This document shows positions 9,673-19,463 of a stretch of DNA of 64,000 nucleotides, in pieces. The notes under the pieces were generated by a model that had not been told where the DNA came from, searched no databases, and was given only the letters and a program-made list of their open reading frames with translations. The first letter of the stretch is position 1; each line of letters opens with the position of its first letter. A program made the translations under genes and the position numbers. This stretch comes from Candidatus Amesbacteria bacterium (GTDB taxonomy: Bacteria > Patescibacteriota > Microgenomatia > CAZETR01 > Amesbacteraceae): assembly GCA_027331445.1 (NCBI GenBank), contig DAHWUD010000001.1, positions 43,157-107,156 of the forward strand. The letters run 5' to 3'.

Positions 9673-11254
9673 TTCGCTTTGCTGGCTGACGGTTTTTTTG
9701 CTCGGCGGCGCTCTCATCCGCCTGGTCGGCCTGGCCCATTATCCCCCCAGTCTCAACTGGGATGAGGTCAGTCTGGGCTACAACGCTTATTCGCTCCTGC
9801 ACTCCGGCAAAGATGAGTGGGGCGTCGCTTTCCCCGCCATTTTCCGGGCCTTCGGGGATTACAAACTCCCGCTGTATGTCTACGCCGACGTCCCGGCCGT
9901 CGCCGTCTTTGGCCTGTCTCCCGCCGGTGTCCGCCTGCCGTCCGCGCTGGCCGGGATCGGCTTGATTGCCGTCAGCTTTCTTCTGGCTTACCGGATTTTT
10001 ACCGACCGCCGGATCGCCGTGCTCACGGCCTTTCTGGTCGCCGTCTCCCAGTGGACGCTGTTTCTTTCCCGGGTGGCGGTTGAAGCCAACCTGGCCGCTT
10101 TTTTCATCAGTTTGGGCATTTATTTGGGCCTGACCAAGCGCTTTTATCTCAGTGCCGTTTTTTTGGGTCTGTCCGTTTGGACTTACAATAGCGCCCGGGT
10201 TTTTGTCCCCCTGCTGGTTTTTGTTTTTATCCTTTTCTCCCTCAGACGCCTGAAATCATTGCTCCTGCCCCTCCTGGTCGCCGGCATATTTATCGTTCCC
10301 ATGTTAATCCAGCTGTTACTGCCCACCGGCCAAGCCAGGTTCGACTGGGTGACACTTATCGATTCCGGCGCCGTGGCTCAGATCGCGGCCTCCCGGGCCT
10401 CCAGCCACTTCCCTTACCCCCGCCTGCTGTACAACAAAGTCACCTATTTCTCCGGCCACTTCCTGGTTAATTATCTGCAGGCGTTGGGACCGGACTTTTT
10501 ATTTATAGACGGGGGCAGCCAGTATCAGTTTAATATTCCCCATTTAGGCCTTCTGGGCCTGGTCAACCTGCCTTTCTTTTATTTGGGTCTTATTTTTCTG
10601 GTTTTTTCCCGCAGCCGGACTTCCGGATTCATTTTGCTCTGGCTGCTTTTGGCTCCGGTCGCCGGCAGTCTGACCCGGGATGCCCCACACACCCTGAGGC
10701 TCATTCCTCTATTGCCCCTGCCCATGCTCATCTCCGCTTTCGGCCTGGTTCGGCTGCCCCGCTATCTTCCGCTTTTAAAATACCCGCTTTACGCAGTTTT
10801 TATCGCCGGTGTAATTTACGCCTTTGCCGACTTTTCTTATGTCTATACCTCCTCTTACCCCGTCCGCTACTCCTGGTCCTGGCAATACGGCTACTCCCAG
10901 GTAGTTTCTTATATCAAACAGCATTATTCTCAATACGACGGCATTATTTTTACCAAAAAATACGGCGAGCCGCACGAATTTGTCCTTTTTTATTGGCCGT
11001 GGCCGCCCGCAGCATACCGTACCGATCCCCGCTTGGTGCGCTATTACCGGACCGATTGGTACTGGGTCGATGCCTTTGCCAAGTTCCGTTTCGTCAACGA
11101 TTGGGACATGACAAAAACCGTTTCCGGTCTTTCCGCCCCCGGTAAGTACCTGATTATTTCCAGTCCCGACAATCCGGTTTCAGTAGGGGAGCTCGGGCAA
11201 ATCGATTTCCTGAACGGCCATCCGGCCTTTATTATTTCCCAAAAGGCTATATGA
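9659..11254 (+). CDS. PMT/ArnT-like GT-C glycosyltransferase, paralog 3 of 5
   Basis: HYPPSLNWDEVSLGYNAYSLLHSGKDEWG...FGDYKLPLYVY...RLPSALAG; C-terminal PHEFVLFYWPWPPAAY. Confidence 0.6.
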   Translation: MTRSSSLCWLTVFLLGGALIRLVGLAHYPPSLNWDEVSLGYNAYSLLHSGKDEWGVAFPAIFRAFGDYKLPLYVYADVPAVAVFGLSPAGVRLPSALAGIGLIAVSFLLAYRIFTDRRIAVLTAFLVAVSQWTLFLSRVAVEANLAAFFISLGIYLGLTKRFYLSAVFLGLSVWTYNSARVFVPLLVFVFILFSLRRLKSLLLPLLVAGIFIVPMLIQLLLPTGQARFDWVTLIDSGAVAQIAASRASSHFPYPRLLYNKVTYFSGHFLVNYLQALGPDFLFIDGGSQYQFNIPHLGLLGLVNLPFFYLGLIFLVFSRSRTSGFILLWLLLAPVAGSLTRDAPHTLRLIPLLPLPMLISAFGLVRLPRYLPLLKYPLYAVFIAGVIYAFADFSYVYTSSYPVRYSWSWQYGYSQVVSYIKQHYSQYDGIIFTKKYGEPHEFVLFYWPWPPAAYRTDPRLVRYYRTDWYWVDAFAKFRFVNDWDMTKTVSGLSAPGKYLIISSPDNPVSVGELGQIDFLNGHPAFIISQKAI

Positions 11255-12840
11255 AAAAATATTTGCTCTGCCTCATCCTCATTTCCCTGTTTGCTCTGGC
11301 TCTGCGTACCATCCGTCTGGCCGACCGCCCCCTTGGTTTTACCTGGGATGAAGCCGCCCTGGGTTACAACGCCTATTCTCTTTTAAAAACCGCCCGGGAC
11401 GAACACGGTCAGTTGCTTCCGGTTATCTTCCGCTCCTTTGGTGATTACAAACCCGGCCTGTACATTTACGCTGACGTTCCTTCAGTGGCCGTTTTCGGCC
11501 TGAATGAGTTTGCCACTCGTCTGCCATCGGCCGTCTTCGGGGTATTGTTGCTGCTGACCTCGGCCTTGTTTGCCTGGAATTTTTTCGGTCGAAAAGTTTC
11601 CCTGCTGACGGCCGGGCTGCTGGCCGTTAATCCCTGGGCTTTGCAATTTTCCCGCGGGGCCTGGGAAGCCAACTTCTCTCTCCTGCTTACTCTTCTGGGA
11701 GCCCTCTTGTTTATCCGTAAAAAATATCTGCTGTCCGCGGTCTTTCTCGGTCTCACCTTTTGGACTTACCAGGGGGCCAAATTGTTCACCCCGCTCGTTA
11801 TCCTGGCCCTGATAATATCTTTCCGCGGCTTTTCCATCAAAAAATTCATGGCCCCGATTCTCGTTCTGGCTTTATTTTTGCTGCCCATCGTCATCGGGTT
11901 TTCCGGCCAGTCCGGCCGTCTGGTCGTCCTAGGTGTTTTCAGTTATACCCGTCCCGCTTCAGTCATTGCCGGCCTGCTCAAACAGGAACGCCTGACCACT
12001 CCCAATTTTTACTTCTGGTTTTTCCATTCCGAATTGTTGGATCAGACCCGGGGTGTTGCCCAACGCTTTCTCAATCATTATTCTCCCCAGTATCTGTTTT
12101 TTTCCGGAGACTGGTCCGATATCCGCCAGGCCACGCCCTATTTCGGCTATTTTTATCTCCCCGAAGTCGTGACCATTCTTTTTGGCCTGCGGTTTGTCTG
12201 CCGCCGTTTTACCTCCGGGGCCCGGTTTCTGCTTTTATGGCTGATCTTCGCGGTTATTCCCTCCGCCCTCTCCCGCGATATCGTTTCCGGCGTGCGCTCT
12301 CTTCCAGAAATTATTCCCCTGGTTATTTTCTCCGCTCTCGGTTTCTCCGGGATTTGGAATAAAAAATTATTATTTATTATTTTGTCCGGCGTCACGGTCT
12401 TTTTGTTTGTAAATTATTTGGATCTGTATTACATTCTGGCTCCGGACTATTCTGCGGCGGCCTGGCTTTATCCCTACAAACCCGCTTTGGCGGCCATCAA
12501 ACCCTACCTCAATTCCAATACCCGGGTGGTCATGACCAATGCCCTGGGCCAGCCGTATATTTTTGTCCTGTTCTACTACCGTGTCGATCCGCTGCAGGCC
12601 CAAAAACAGCTTTCCGGCCAGCCTCAAAATTCCGTGGACGTGGGCGAAGTGGCCTCACTGGATCAATTCATTTTTAAGAAATTCTACTGGCCGGCCGAGC
12701 GGGGGAGTCATCATACCATCTATGTCGGTGATCAGTACGAATTGCCTGCACAGGACCTGCATCAGGCAAATTTGATTCGTCTCAAAGATATTTATTATCC
12801 TGACGGCACTTTAGCCTGGCATATCGTGGAATTGCAGTAA
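11251..12840 (+). CDS. PMT/ArnT-like GT-C glycosyltransferase, paralog 4 of 5
   Basis: RPLGFTWDEAALGYNAYSLLKTARDEHG...FGDYKPGLYIY...RLPSAVFG; C-terminal PYIFVLFYYRVDPLQA; ATGA coupling. Confidence 0.6.
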   Translation: MKKYLLCLILISLFALALRTIRLADRPLGFTWDEAALGYNAYSLLKTARDEHGQLLPVIFRSFGDYKPGLYIYADVPSVAVFGLNEFATRLPSAVFGVLLLLTSALFAWNFFGRKVSLLTAGLLAVNPWALQFSRGAWEANFSLLLTLLGALLFIRKKYLLSAVFLGLTFWTYQGAKLFTPLVILALIISFRGFSIKKFMAPILVLALFLLPIVIGFSGQSGRLVVLGVFSYTRPASVIAGLLKQERLTTPNFYFWFFHSELLDQTRGVAQRFLNHYSPQYLFFSGDWSDIRQATPYFGYFYLPEVVTILFGLRFVCRRFTSGARFLLLWLIFAVIPSALSRDIVSGVRSLPEIIPLVIFSALGFSGIWNKKLLFIILSGVTVFLFVNYLDLYYILAPDYSAAAWLYPYKPALAAIKPYLNSNTRVVMTNALGQPYIFVLFYYRVDPLQAQKQLSGQPQNSVDVGEVASLDQFIFKKFYWPAERGSHHTIYVGDQYELPAQDLHQANLIRLKDIYYPDGTLAWHIVELQ

Positions 12841-12841
12841 T

Positions 12842-14464
12842 ATGCGCAAATTTCTTTTGGTACTCATCTTGATTTTAGCCGCCGCCTTGCGGCTGGTTGC
12901 CCTGACTTCGTTTCCGTCCGGATTTAATGCCGATGAAGCCGCTCTGGGTTACAACGCTTACTCCTTATTGTTAACCGGCAAAGATGAACACGGCCATCCC
13001 TGGCCGGTCAATCTGGAATCCTTCGGTGACTACAAGCCCGCCCTCTATGCCTATCTCTTGATCCCCTTTATCAAAGTCATGGGTTTGACCGAGCTGGCCG
13101 TCCGTCTGCCCTCGGCCCTGTTGGGTATTCTCTCCGTGGCTTTGATTTATGCCTTAGCCAAGCTGCTTGTGCCCAAAGCTAAGTATTTTCCACACCTGGC
13201 CGCTCTCGGCCTGGCCATTTCTCCCTGGGCTATTCACTTTTCCCGCGGCGGTTGGGAAGTCAACCTAGCCACGACCCTGCTTCTGGCCGGCTGTTGGCTC
13301 TTTGTCACCTGGACCCGCTCCTTACGTGTCTGGCACCTGAGCTCAGCCTTTATTTGTTTTGTCCTTACCCTGTATGCTTACCAGTCCACCCGCGTGGTCT
13401 CTCCGCTTTTGGTCATCGGTTTATTGATTATCTATCGCCGCCTGGTTTTTTCTCACTTCCGCCGGTTCGTGATTTCCTGCCTCCTCCCGGTTCTGCTGCT
13501 TGTGCCCTTGGTCATATCTCTGACCGGGGTCGGTGTCGCCTCCCGCTTTTCCGGTGTCGGCCTCACAGCGGATATCGGCCCGGTTAACCGCATTAACCAG
13601 TTCCGCGGCCAGCACTCCGCCCGGACGCAGCTTTTGGCCAAAATTCTCTACAACCGCCCCGTGGTCTACACTCTGAAATTTATCAGCAATTATTTCGATC
13701 ACTTTTCCCCGGTTTTCCTTTTTATCAGCGGTGACGAAGTGGCCAGGAACCGGGTCCCCGAAACCGGGGTCTTATATCTCACCGATTTTATCTTTTTGGC
13801 TCTGGGAGCGGTCTATCTTTGGCGCCGGCCCGGCCCGCATACCCGCCTGATCTGGCTTTGGTTGGGTGTGGCTCCTGTGGCTTCGGCTCTGACTTTTCAG
13901 ACTCCCAGCGCTCTGCGCGCCTTTCCCCTTGTCATCCCGTTGGTCTTATTGATTGCTTTGGGCGTTAATTATTTATTGGATCTGATTAGGAGTAAAAAAT
14001 TACTTGTTTTCTCAAGTATTATTTTAATTATTATTTACGGTTACCAGTTCACCCGTTACCTGCATGAATATTACATCAATTATCCCGCCGCCTACCCGGC
14101 CGCCTGGGAATATGGTTTCAGTCAGTTGGTCCCGTATGTCCAGTCGGTTCAGTCCAAATACCAGCGGGTTTTAGTTACCGATAAATACGATCAGCCTTAT
14201 ATCCTGTTTCTCTTTTTTTCCCGCTACCCGCCGCAGGATTTTCAGAATCATCACGTCCTGACGTTCCGTGACCAGTTCAATTTCAGCACCGTTCGTGATT
14301 ACGGCAAGTTTCACTTTGCTTCCACCCCCTGGGACCAGGTGCGGGACATTCATTCGGCTCTCATCGTCGCCGCTCCCGAAGACATCCCGAGCGTGGGTGT
14401 TAATATTGTCAAAACCATTTATTTTCCCAACGGCGATCCCGCCTTTAAGATTATTTCCAACTGA
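12842..14464 (+). CDS. PMT/ArnT-like GT-C glycosyltransferase, paralog 5 of 5
   Basis: FPSGFNADEAALGYNAYSLLLTGKDEHG...FGDYKPALYAY...RLPSALLG; C-terminal PYILFLFFSRYPPQDF; start 1 nt after upstream stop. Confidence 0.6.
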   Translation: MRKFLLVLILILAAALRLVALTSFPSGFNADEAALGYNAYSLLLTGKDEHGHPWPVNLESFGDYKPALYAYLLIPFIKVMGLTELAVRLPSALLGILSVALIYALAKLLVPKAKYFPHLAALGLAISPWAIHFSRGGWEVNLATTLLLAGCWLFVTWTRSLRVWHLSSAFICFVLTLYAYQSTRVVSPLLVIGLLIIYRRLVFSHFRRFVISCLLPVLLLVPLVISLTGVGVASRFSGVGLTADIGPVNRINQFRGQHSARTQLLAKILYNRPVVYTLKFISNYFDHFSPVFLFISGDEVARNRVPETGVLYLTDFIFLALGAVYLWRRPGPHTRLIWLWLGVAPVASALTFQTPSALRAFPLVIPLVLLIALGVNYLLDLIRSKKLLVFSSIILIIIYGYQFTRYLHEYYINYPAAYPAAWEYGFSQLVPYVQSVQSKYQRVLVTDKYDQPYILFLFFSRYPPQDFQNHHVLTFRDQFNFSTVRDYGKFHFASTPWDQVRDIHSALIVAAPEDIPSVGVNIVKTIYFPNGDPAFKIISN

Positions 14465-15240
14465 TGGCCAAACCCACTCTCTCAGTCGTTCTGGCGATTT
14501 TCAATGAGGCCGCCAATCTGCCCCGCTGCCTGGATTCGGTCAAGGGCCTGGCCGATGAAATTATCGTCGTCGATGGTCAGTCGTCAGACAACTCGGTGTC
14601 CATTGCCGAATCCTACGGGGCCAAAATTATAGAGACTACCAACAAGCCCAACTTCCATATCAACAAACAGCTGGGACTGGAGGCTGCTACCCGTGACTGG
14701 ATTCTCCAGCTGGATGCCGACGAGTGTTTAAGCGACCCTTTAAAATCGGAGATCAAGCGGGTCCTGGCTTCTCCCGGGGAGTTTGTCGGGTTTTGGCTGC
14801 CCCGTAAAAATTATTTTTTGGGCCGGTTTTTGACCAAGGGCGGCCAGTACCCGGATTACACTTTGCGGCTGTATAAACGGGGGCAGGGGAGACTGCCGGC
14901 CCACGATGTTCACGAACAGGCGGTCGTTTCCGGTCCTACTTCGCACCTGCAGTTTGATCTCCTGCATTACGGCACGCCCGACTTTTCCAATTATCTGCTC
15001 CGGTTCAATCGTTATACCTCGCTCACCGCCTCCGAATTCTCCAAAAAACATCTGCCTCTGAACCTTTTTTGCGCCGTTTATTATTTATTTATTAAATCTT
15101 TCTGGGAATTTGCCAAAATTTATTTTCGCCACAAAGGTTTTGTAGACGGCTTTCCCGGCTTCGTTTTTGCCCTGTTTTCCGGCCTGCATTACGCTGTCGC
15201 TTACATTAAATATTGGCAGATTTCCCGTTTCCCGGCATGA
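14464..15240 (+). CDS. GT2 family (GT-A fold) glycosyltransferase
   Basis: LSVVLAIFNEAANLPRCLDSV...EIIVVDGQSSDNS...LQLDADE (DXD); 1-nt overlap with upstream stop; paralogous to 55422..56168. Confidence 0.7.
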   Translation: MAKPTLSVVLAIFNEAANLPRCLDSVKGLADEIIVVDGQSSDNSVSIAESYGAKIIETTNKPNFHINKQLGLEAATRDWILQLDADECLSDPLKSEIKRVLASPGEFVGFWLPRKNYFLGRFLTKGGQYPDYTLRLYKRGQGRLPAHDVHEQAVVSGPTSHLQFDLLHYGTPDFSNYLLRFNRYTSLTASEFSKKHLPLNLFCAVYYLFIKSFWEFAKIYFRHKGFVDGFPGFVFALFSGLHYAVAYIKYWQISRFPA

Positions 15241-16271
15241 TTAAAGTCGGCTTTATAACCACCCCGCTTTCCGGTGCTCACGCCGTGAGGGGCGTCGGTT
15301 TCTACACCAGACTCCTTTTGTCACATCTTCATGCCCTGGCTTCACGATACGATGTCGCCCTGACTGAAATTTCCGTTCCCTCCCCGGATTTTGATCTGAT
15401 TCATTACCCCTTTTTTGATCTTTTCTACCACACCCTGCCTTTTACTAAGGCAGCCAGAACCATAGTCACCATCCACGACGTCATCCCTTTGGAATTCCCC
15501 GATCATTACCCTCCCGGCCTCCGCGGCCGCCTTAACCTCAAGCAGCAAAAATTGTCTCTCCGCTCGGTTTCCGGGGTTTTTACCGATTCTTATGCTTCCG
15601 TTAAATCGATTCATAAATACCTGGGGGTTCCCCGCGATCGGATCAAACTCATTTATTTAGCCGCTTCAGAAATTTACCGTCCCCAAAAAGTTTCCGCCGT
15701 CGTTTCCCAAAAATATTCCCTGCCCCAAAAATTTGCCCTGTTCGTGGGCGACATTAATTGGAACAAAAATCTTCCCGCCCTAGTCCAATCCTGCCTGACT
15801 CTGGGCGTAGATTTGGTAATAGTGGGCAAGCAGGCGGCTCAGGTCGACGCTTTGGACCTCTCTCACCCCGAACTGCGTCACATCGCCCGGTTGCGGCAGC
15901 TTTTCTCTTCTCCCCTGATTCACCGCCCGGGTTTCGTGCCCGATGCCGATTTGGTGGAAATTTACAATGCAGCCGCGGTTTATTGCCAGCCTTCTTTTGC
16001 CGAAGGGTTCGGTATCCCCATCGTCGAAGCCATGGCTTGCGGCACCCCCGTTGTCTGTAGTGACACCTCTTCTATGCCTGAAATAGCCGGAGAAGCCGCC
16101 GTTTATTTTTCCCCGTCAGATCCCGAGGCTCTCCAAAAGTCCCTTTTCCGGGTCCTTTCCGACGCCCCGCTTCGCCGCCGGCTCTCCCGATTAGGGCTGG
16201 TTCAGGCCCGCAAATTCTCCTGGCGGCAAACCGCCGCTGCCACTCTTCAGGCCTATCAAAACTCGCTATGA
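15237..16271 (+). CDS. GT4 family (GT-B fold) glycosyltransferase
   Basis: ORF track 15213..16271; start ATG 15237 gives ATGA overlap; C-terminal EGFGIPIVEAMACGTPVVCSDTSSMPEIAGEAAVYF signature of GT4/GT1 retaining transferases. Confidence 0.7.
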   Translation: MIKVGFITTPLSGAHAVRGVGFYTRLLLSHLHALASRYDVALTEISVPSPDFDLIHYPFFDLFYHTLPFTKAARTIVTIHDVIPLEFPDHYPPGLRGRLNLKQQKLSLRSVSGVFTDSYASVKSIHKYLGVPRDRIKLIYLAASEIYRPQKVSAVVSQKYSLPQKFALFVGDINWNKNLPALVQSCLTLGVDLVIVGKQAAQVDALDLSHPELRHIARLRQLFSSPLIHRPGFVPDADLVEIYNAAAVYCQPSFAEGFGIPIVEAMACGTPVVCSDTSSMPEIAGEAAVYFSPSDPEALQKSLFRVLSDAPLRRRLSRLGLVQARKFSWRQTAAATLQAYQNSL

Positions 16272-17401
16272 AACTGCGCTTCCTGATTTCAGCCTTGCTT
16301 ATCTGGCAAGTCATCATCTCCGCCGGCACTTGGCTCTCCGTCCGCAATCTGCCGTTGCGGGACAAGTTTTTCGGCGGCATGGAGTTGGCCGGTCCCCTCG
16401 ATCCCAACCCCTTTTTACGTAACCCCATTCTCTATGCCCGGGCCAACTTTGACGGCGTTCATTATGTTAATTTAGCCAAAGGCAGTAGTTTTGGCCTGAG
16501 CCAGGAAGTATTTTTCCCTTTTTACATCAAACTTCTAAGTCTTTTGGGACCGGTGTTTAAAAATTACAATTCCGCCGGGGTGTTTATTTCCCTGGCCTCT
16601 TTTGCCGCCGGTTCATATATTCTTCTTCGCCTGCTGCAGTTGGATTTTTCCTGGCCCGTCGTCAAGTGGACTTACCTGGCTCTGCTCCTGTTTCCCACCG
16701 CCTTTTATTTCAGCTTCGTCTACACCGAAGGGCTATTTTTCTTTCTCTCCGTGGCCTGTTTTTACTTTGCCAGGACGGGCCGCTGGTGGCTGGCCGGTCT
16801 TGTCGGGGCCTTGGCCTGTTACACCAGGATTACCGGTATCCTGCTTTTTCCGGCCCTGCTCATCGAATATTTTTCGGCCCCTGCCAGGAAATTCAGTTCC
16901 CTGCTCGCCGTCTGCCTGGTCCCCGTGGGCCTGGCAGTTTTTATGCTTCAGTTATCTCACACCTTTCATGACCCGTTGGCTTTTATCCACGCCCAGTCCG
17001 ATTTTTTTCAGGGCCGGACCGATCATCTGGTCCTCCTGCCCCAGGTGTTTTGGCGCTACCTGAAAATCTTTCTGTCCTTCAACCCGTCCGACCCCCTCCT
17101 TTTTACCTTGCTACTGGAATTTTTTACCGCCCTGGTATTTTTAGTTTTGAACCTGCTGTCGCTTTTCCGCCTGCGGTTTTCCTATATTTTTTTTAGTTTT
17201 GCGGCCTTTCTCTTACCCCCCCTTACCGGGTCTTTTACTTCTCTGCCCCGCTATGTTTTGGCCGGGTTCCCCGTTTTTATCCTTCTGGGCTCATCTCTCT
17301 CCCGCGCCCGGACGGTAAATCGGGTAATATATATCAGCTTGAGCCTGTTCCTGGGCTTATTTTTCCTGTCCTTATTTGTCCGCGGTTACTGGGTCTCATG
17401 A
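16268..17401 (+). CDS. PIG-V/GT76-like mannosyltransferase (polytopic membrane GT-C)
   Basis: 377 aa hydrophobic; NFDGVHYVNLAKGSSFGLSQEVFFPFY resembles the WD.EHF..IAE.GY..EH..AFFP motif of Mannosyl_trans2 (PF04188). Confidence 0.4.
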   Translation: MKLRFLISALLIWQVIISAGTWLSVRNLPLRDKFFGGMELAGPLDPNPFLRNPILYARANFDGVHYVNLAKGSSFGLSQEVFFPFYIKLLSLLGPVFKNYNSAGVFISLASFAAGSYILLRLLQLDFSWPVVKWTYLALLLFPTAFYFSFVYTEGLFFFLSVACFYFARTGRWWLAGLVGALACYTRITGILLFPALLIEYFSAPARKFSSLLAVCLVPVGLAVFMLQLSHTFHDPLAFIHAQSDFFQGRTDHLVLLPQVFWRYLKIFLSFNPSDPLLFTLLLEFFTALVFLVLNLLSLFRLRFSYIFFSFAAFLLPPLTGSFTSLPRYVLAGFPVFILLGSSLSRARTVNRVIYISLSLFLGLFFLSLFVRGYWVS

Positions 17402-18648
17402 AACAGAAAGTCCTCCGCCTTGTCCGCCATCCGCTGTTTTCCGGCAGCGCCGTCATGATTATCGGCACCAATTTAAATAACGTCCTCAGCTACCTGTTTC
17501 ATTTGTTCATGGGTCGGATGCTGGGTCCCGCGGCTTACGGCGAAATGGCGGCCCTGTTTTCACTGATTATTTTGGTCAGTACTGTTCCTTCGTCCCTGAG
17601 CCTGGCCGTGATTAAATTTGTCTCCTCCGCCAAAAACCCGGACTCTCTCTCCCGGTTTATGAGTTTGATCCTGGTTTGGTCAGGCTTGGTAGGCGGGGTC
17701 ATCACCCTGCTACTGTTGTTGTTTTCCCGTCCCCTTTCCTCATTTTTAAATCTGAGTTCCCCCGTACCGGTTTTCATTATCTCCTGGGCCTTCGTTTTTC
17801 TGCTGCCTTCATTTGCCCTCAAATCCGCCCTCCAGGGTTTGCTTCAGTTCAATAGCTATGTTGTCAACATTTTGGCCGAGAGCGGATCCAAACTTCTGTT
17901 TGGTATTCTCTTTGTCCAGATCGGCTGGTCGGTTTCCGGTTCCATATCCGGGATTCTCGTTTCCACTTTAATTGGCCTGTTTATCGGTTATCTCTACGTC
18001 AGTAAAACCGTCCGCTTCGCCTTTCCCAAGTTTTTTCCCCTCGGCAGTTTCCTTCGCTATTCGGTCCCGGTCATGATTTACTCGCTGGCCGGGACCTCGC
18101 TTTTTACCACTGACCTGATTTTGGTCAAGCATTTCTTTTCTCCTTTTGACGCCGGGACGTATGCCGCTTTGTCCACCATGGGAAAAATTATTATCTTCGG
18201 CGCCGGCCCGGTCTCCGGGGTGATGTTTCCCCTGGTTTCCCGGCGGCACGCCTCCCATGACCATTACCGAAAAATATTTTGGTATGGCTTTGCGCTGACC
18301 GGCGCCATTTGCCTGGCGGTTTTGGCAGTTTACTTTGCTTTTCCCCGGTTTGCCGTCAGCCTTCTCTACGGTCATAAATATCTGCAGGCTGCCGGGCTGC
18401 TTTTCCCCTTTGGCATTTTTATTACTCTTTATACCCTGTCCTCTTTTTTGGTGGGTTTTTTCCTGTCCGTCAGTTATACCCGGGTGGTTTGGATCACCGT
18501 CCTGGCAGCAGTAGCCCAAATTATCGGGATTTTCCTTTTCCATTCCACTATTTTTTCAGTGATCTTTGTCTCAATCATAGTTTCACTTTTACTGTTTCTG
18601 GGGCTTCTGGCAGCATTAAAAATAAAAACTGCTAAAATCCTGGCATGA
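17398..18648 (+). CDS. polysaccharide biosynthesis protein, MOP/Wzx-like flippase
   Basis: 416 aa, about 12 predicted TM segments, no soluble domain; position within the glycan locus; ATGA coupling. Confidence 0.45.
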   Translation: MKQKVLRLVRHPLFSGSAVMIIGTNLNNVLSYLFHLFMGRMLGPAAYGEMAALFSLIILVSTVPSSLSLAVIKFVSSAKNPDSLSRFMSLILVWSGLVGGVITLLLLLFSRPLSSFLNLSSPVPVFIISWAFVFLLPSFALKSALQGLLQFNSYVVNILAESGSKLLFGILFVQIGWSVSGSISGILVSTLIGLFIGYLYVSKTVRFAFPKFFPLGSFLRYSVPVMIYSLAGTSLFTTDLILVKHFFSPFDAGTYAALSTMGKIIIFGAGPVSGVMFPLVSRRHASHDHYRKIFWYGFALTGAICLAVLAVYFAFPRFAVSLLYGHKYLQAAGLLFPFGIFITLYTLSSFLVGFFLSVSYTRVVWITVLAAVAQIIGIFLFHSTIFSVIFVSIIVSLLLFLGLLAALKIKTAKILA

Positions 18649-19454
18649 AGGTCTCCTTGCTCTCTGTAATTGTCCCTACTTACAAACAGCAAAAAACCAT
18701 CACCCGGGATCTTTGGCGAATTAAATCGGTCTTATCCAAACTGCGTTATCCCTCGGAATTAATTTGCGTTGTCGACGGCACTTCCGACGACCACACTTTT
18801 ATCAAAGCCAAGGCTTTTGCCGCCCACCGCCGGAACATCAAAGTAGTTGGCTACCCTACCAACAAAGGTAAGGGCCACGCCGTCCGCTTTGGCATGGCCC
18901 GCTCCCGGGGCAACATTGTCGCCTTTATAGATGCCGGCATGGATATCAATCCCAACGGCTTGTCCATGATTTTGGAGCATTTTGAATGGTACAGCGCCGA
19001 CATTATCGTCGGATCCAAGCGCCATCCTGTTTCCAAAGTTAATTACCCCTGGCAGCGGCGTATATTTTCTTACGGCTACCAATTACTGGTCCGGCTGCTG
19101 TTTCATCTTAAAATTCGTGACACCCAGGTGGGTCTGAAATGCTATCGTCGCGAGGTGCTGGAGAAGGTATTGCCCCGCTTAATTATCAAGACTTACGCCT
19201 TTGATATCGAAATTTTGGCCGTCGCCCATTACCTGGGCTTCACCCGTATTTACGAGGCCCCCGTGGAGGTCAAGCTGGACTTCGGCAAAAACTCCACCAT
19301 TACCAGTAAGAAACTTTGGTATTTTATTTTTCGCATGTTTCTGGATACCTTGGCCGTGTATTACCGCCTCCGGCTTCTTCACTATTATTCTCGCCGCAAT
19401 CGCCGTAAATGGATCTATGACTCAGAACTAAATTTCCGCGTTAACACCGTTTAG
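18645..19454 (+). CDS. GT2 polyprenyl-phosphate sugar synthase (DPM1/GtrB-like)
   Basis: LSVIVPTYKQQKTITRDL...VVDGTSDDHT...IDAGMDINPNGLSMILEHFEWYSADIIVGSKRH; architecture typical of Dpm1/GtrB/ArnC-type enzymes that make polyprenyl-P-monosaccharide donors for GT-C enzymes. Confidence 0.6.
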   Translation: MKVSLLSVIVPTYKQQKTITRDLWRIKSVLSKLRYPSELICVVDGTSDDHTFIKAKAFAAHRRNIKVVGYPTNKGKGHAVRFGMARSRGNIVAFIDAGMDINPNGLSMILEHFEWYSADIIVGSKRHPVSKVNYPWQRRIFSYGYQLLVRLLFHLKIRDTQVGLKCYRREVLEKVLPRLIIKTYAFDIEILAVAHYLGFTRIYEAPVEVKLDFGKNSTITSKKLWYFIFRMFLDTLAVYYRLRLLHYYSRRNRRKWIYDSELNFRVNTV

Positions 19455-19463
19455 CCCATCCGC

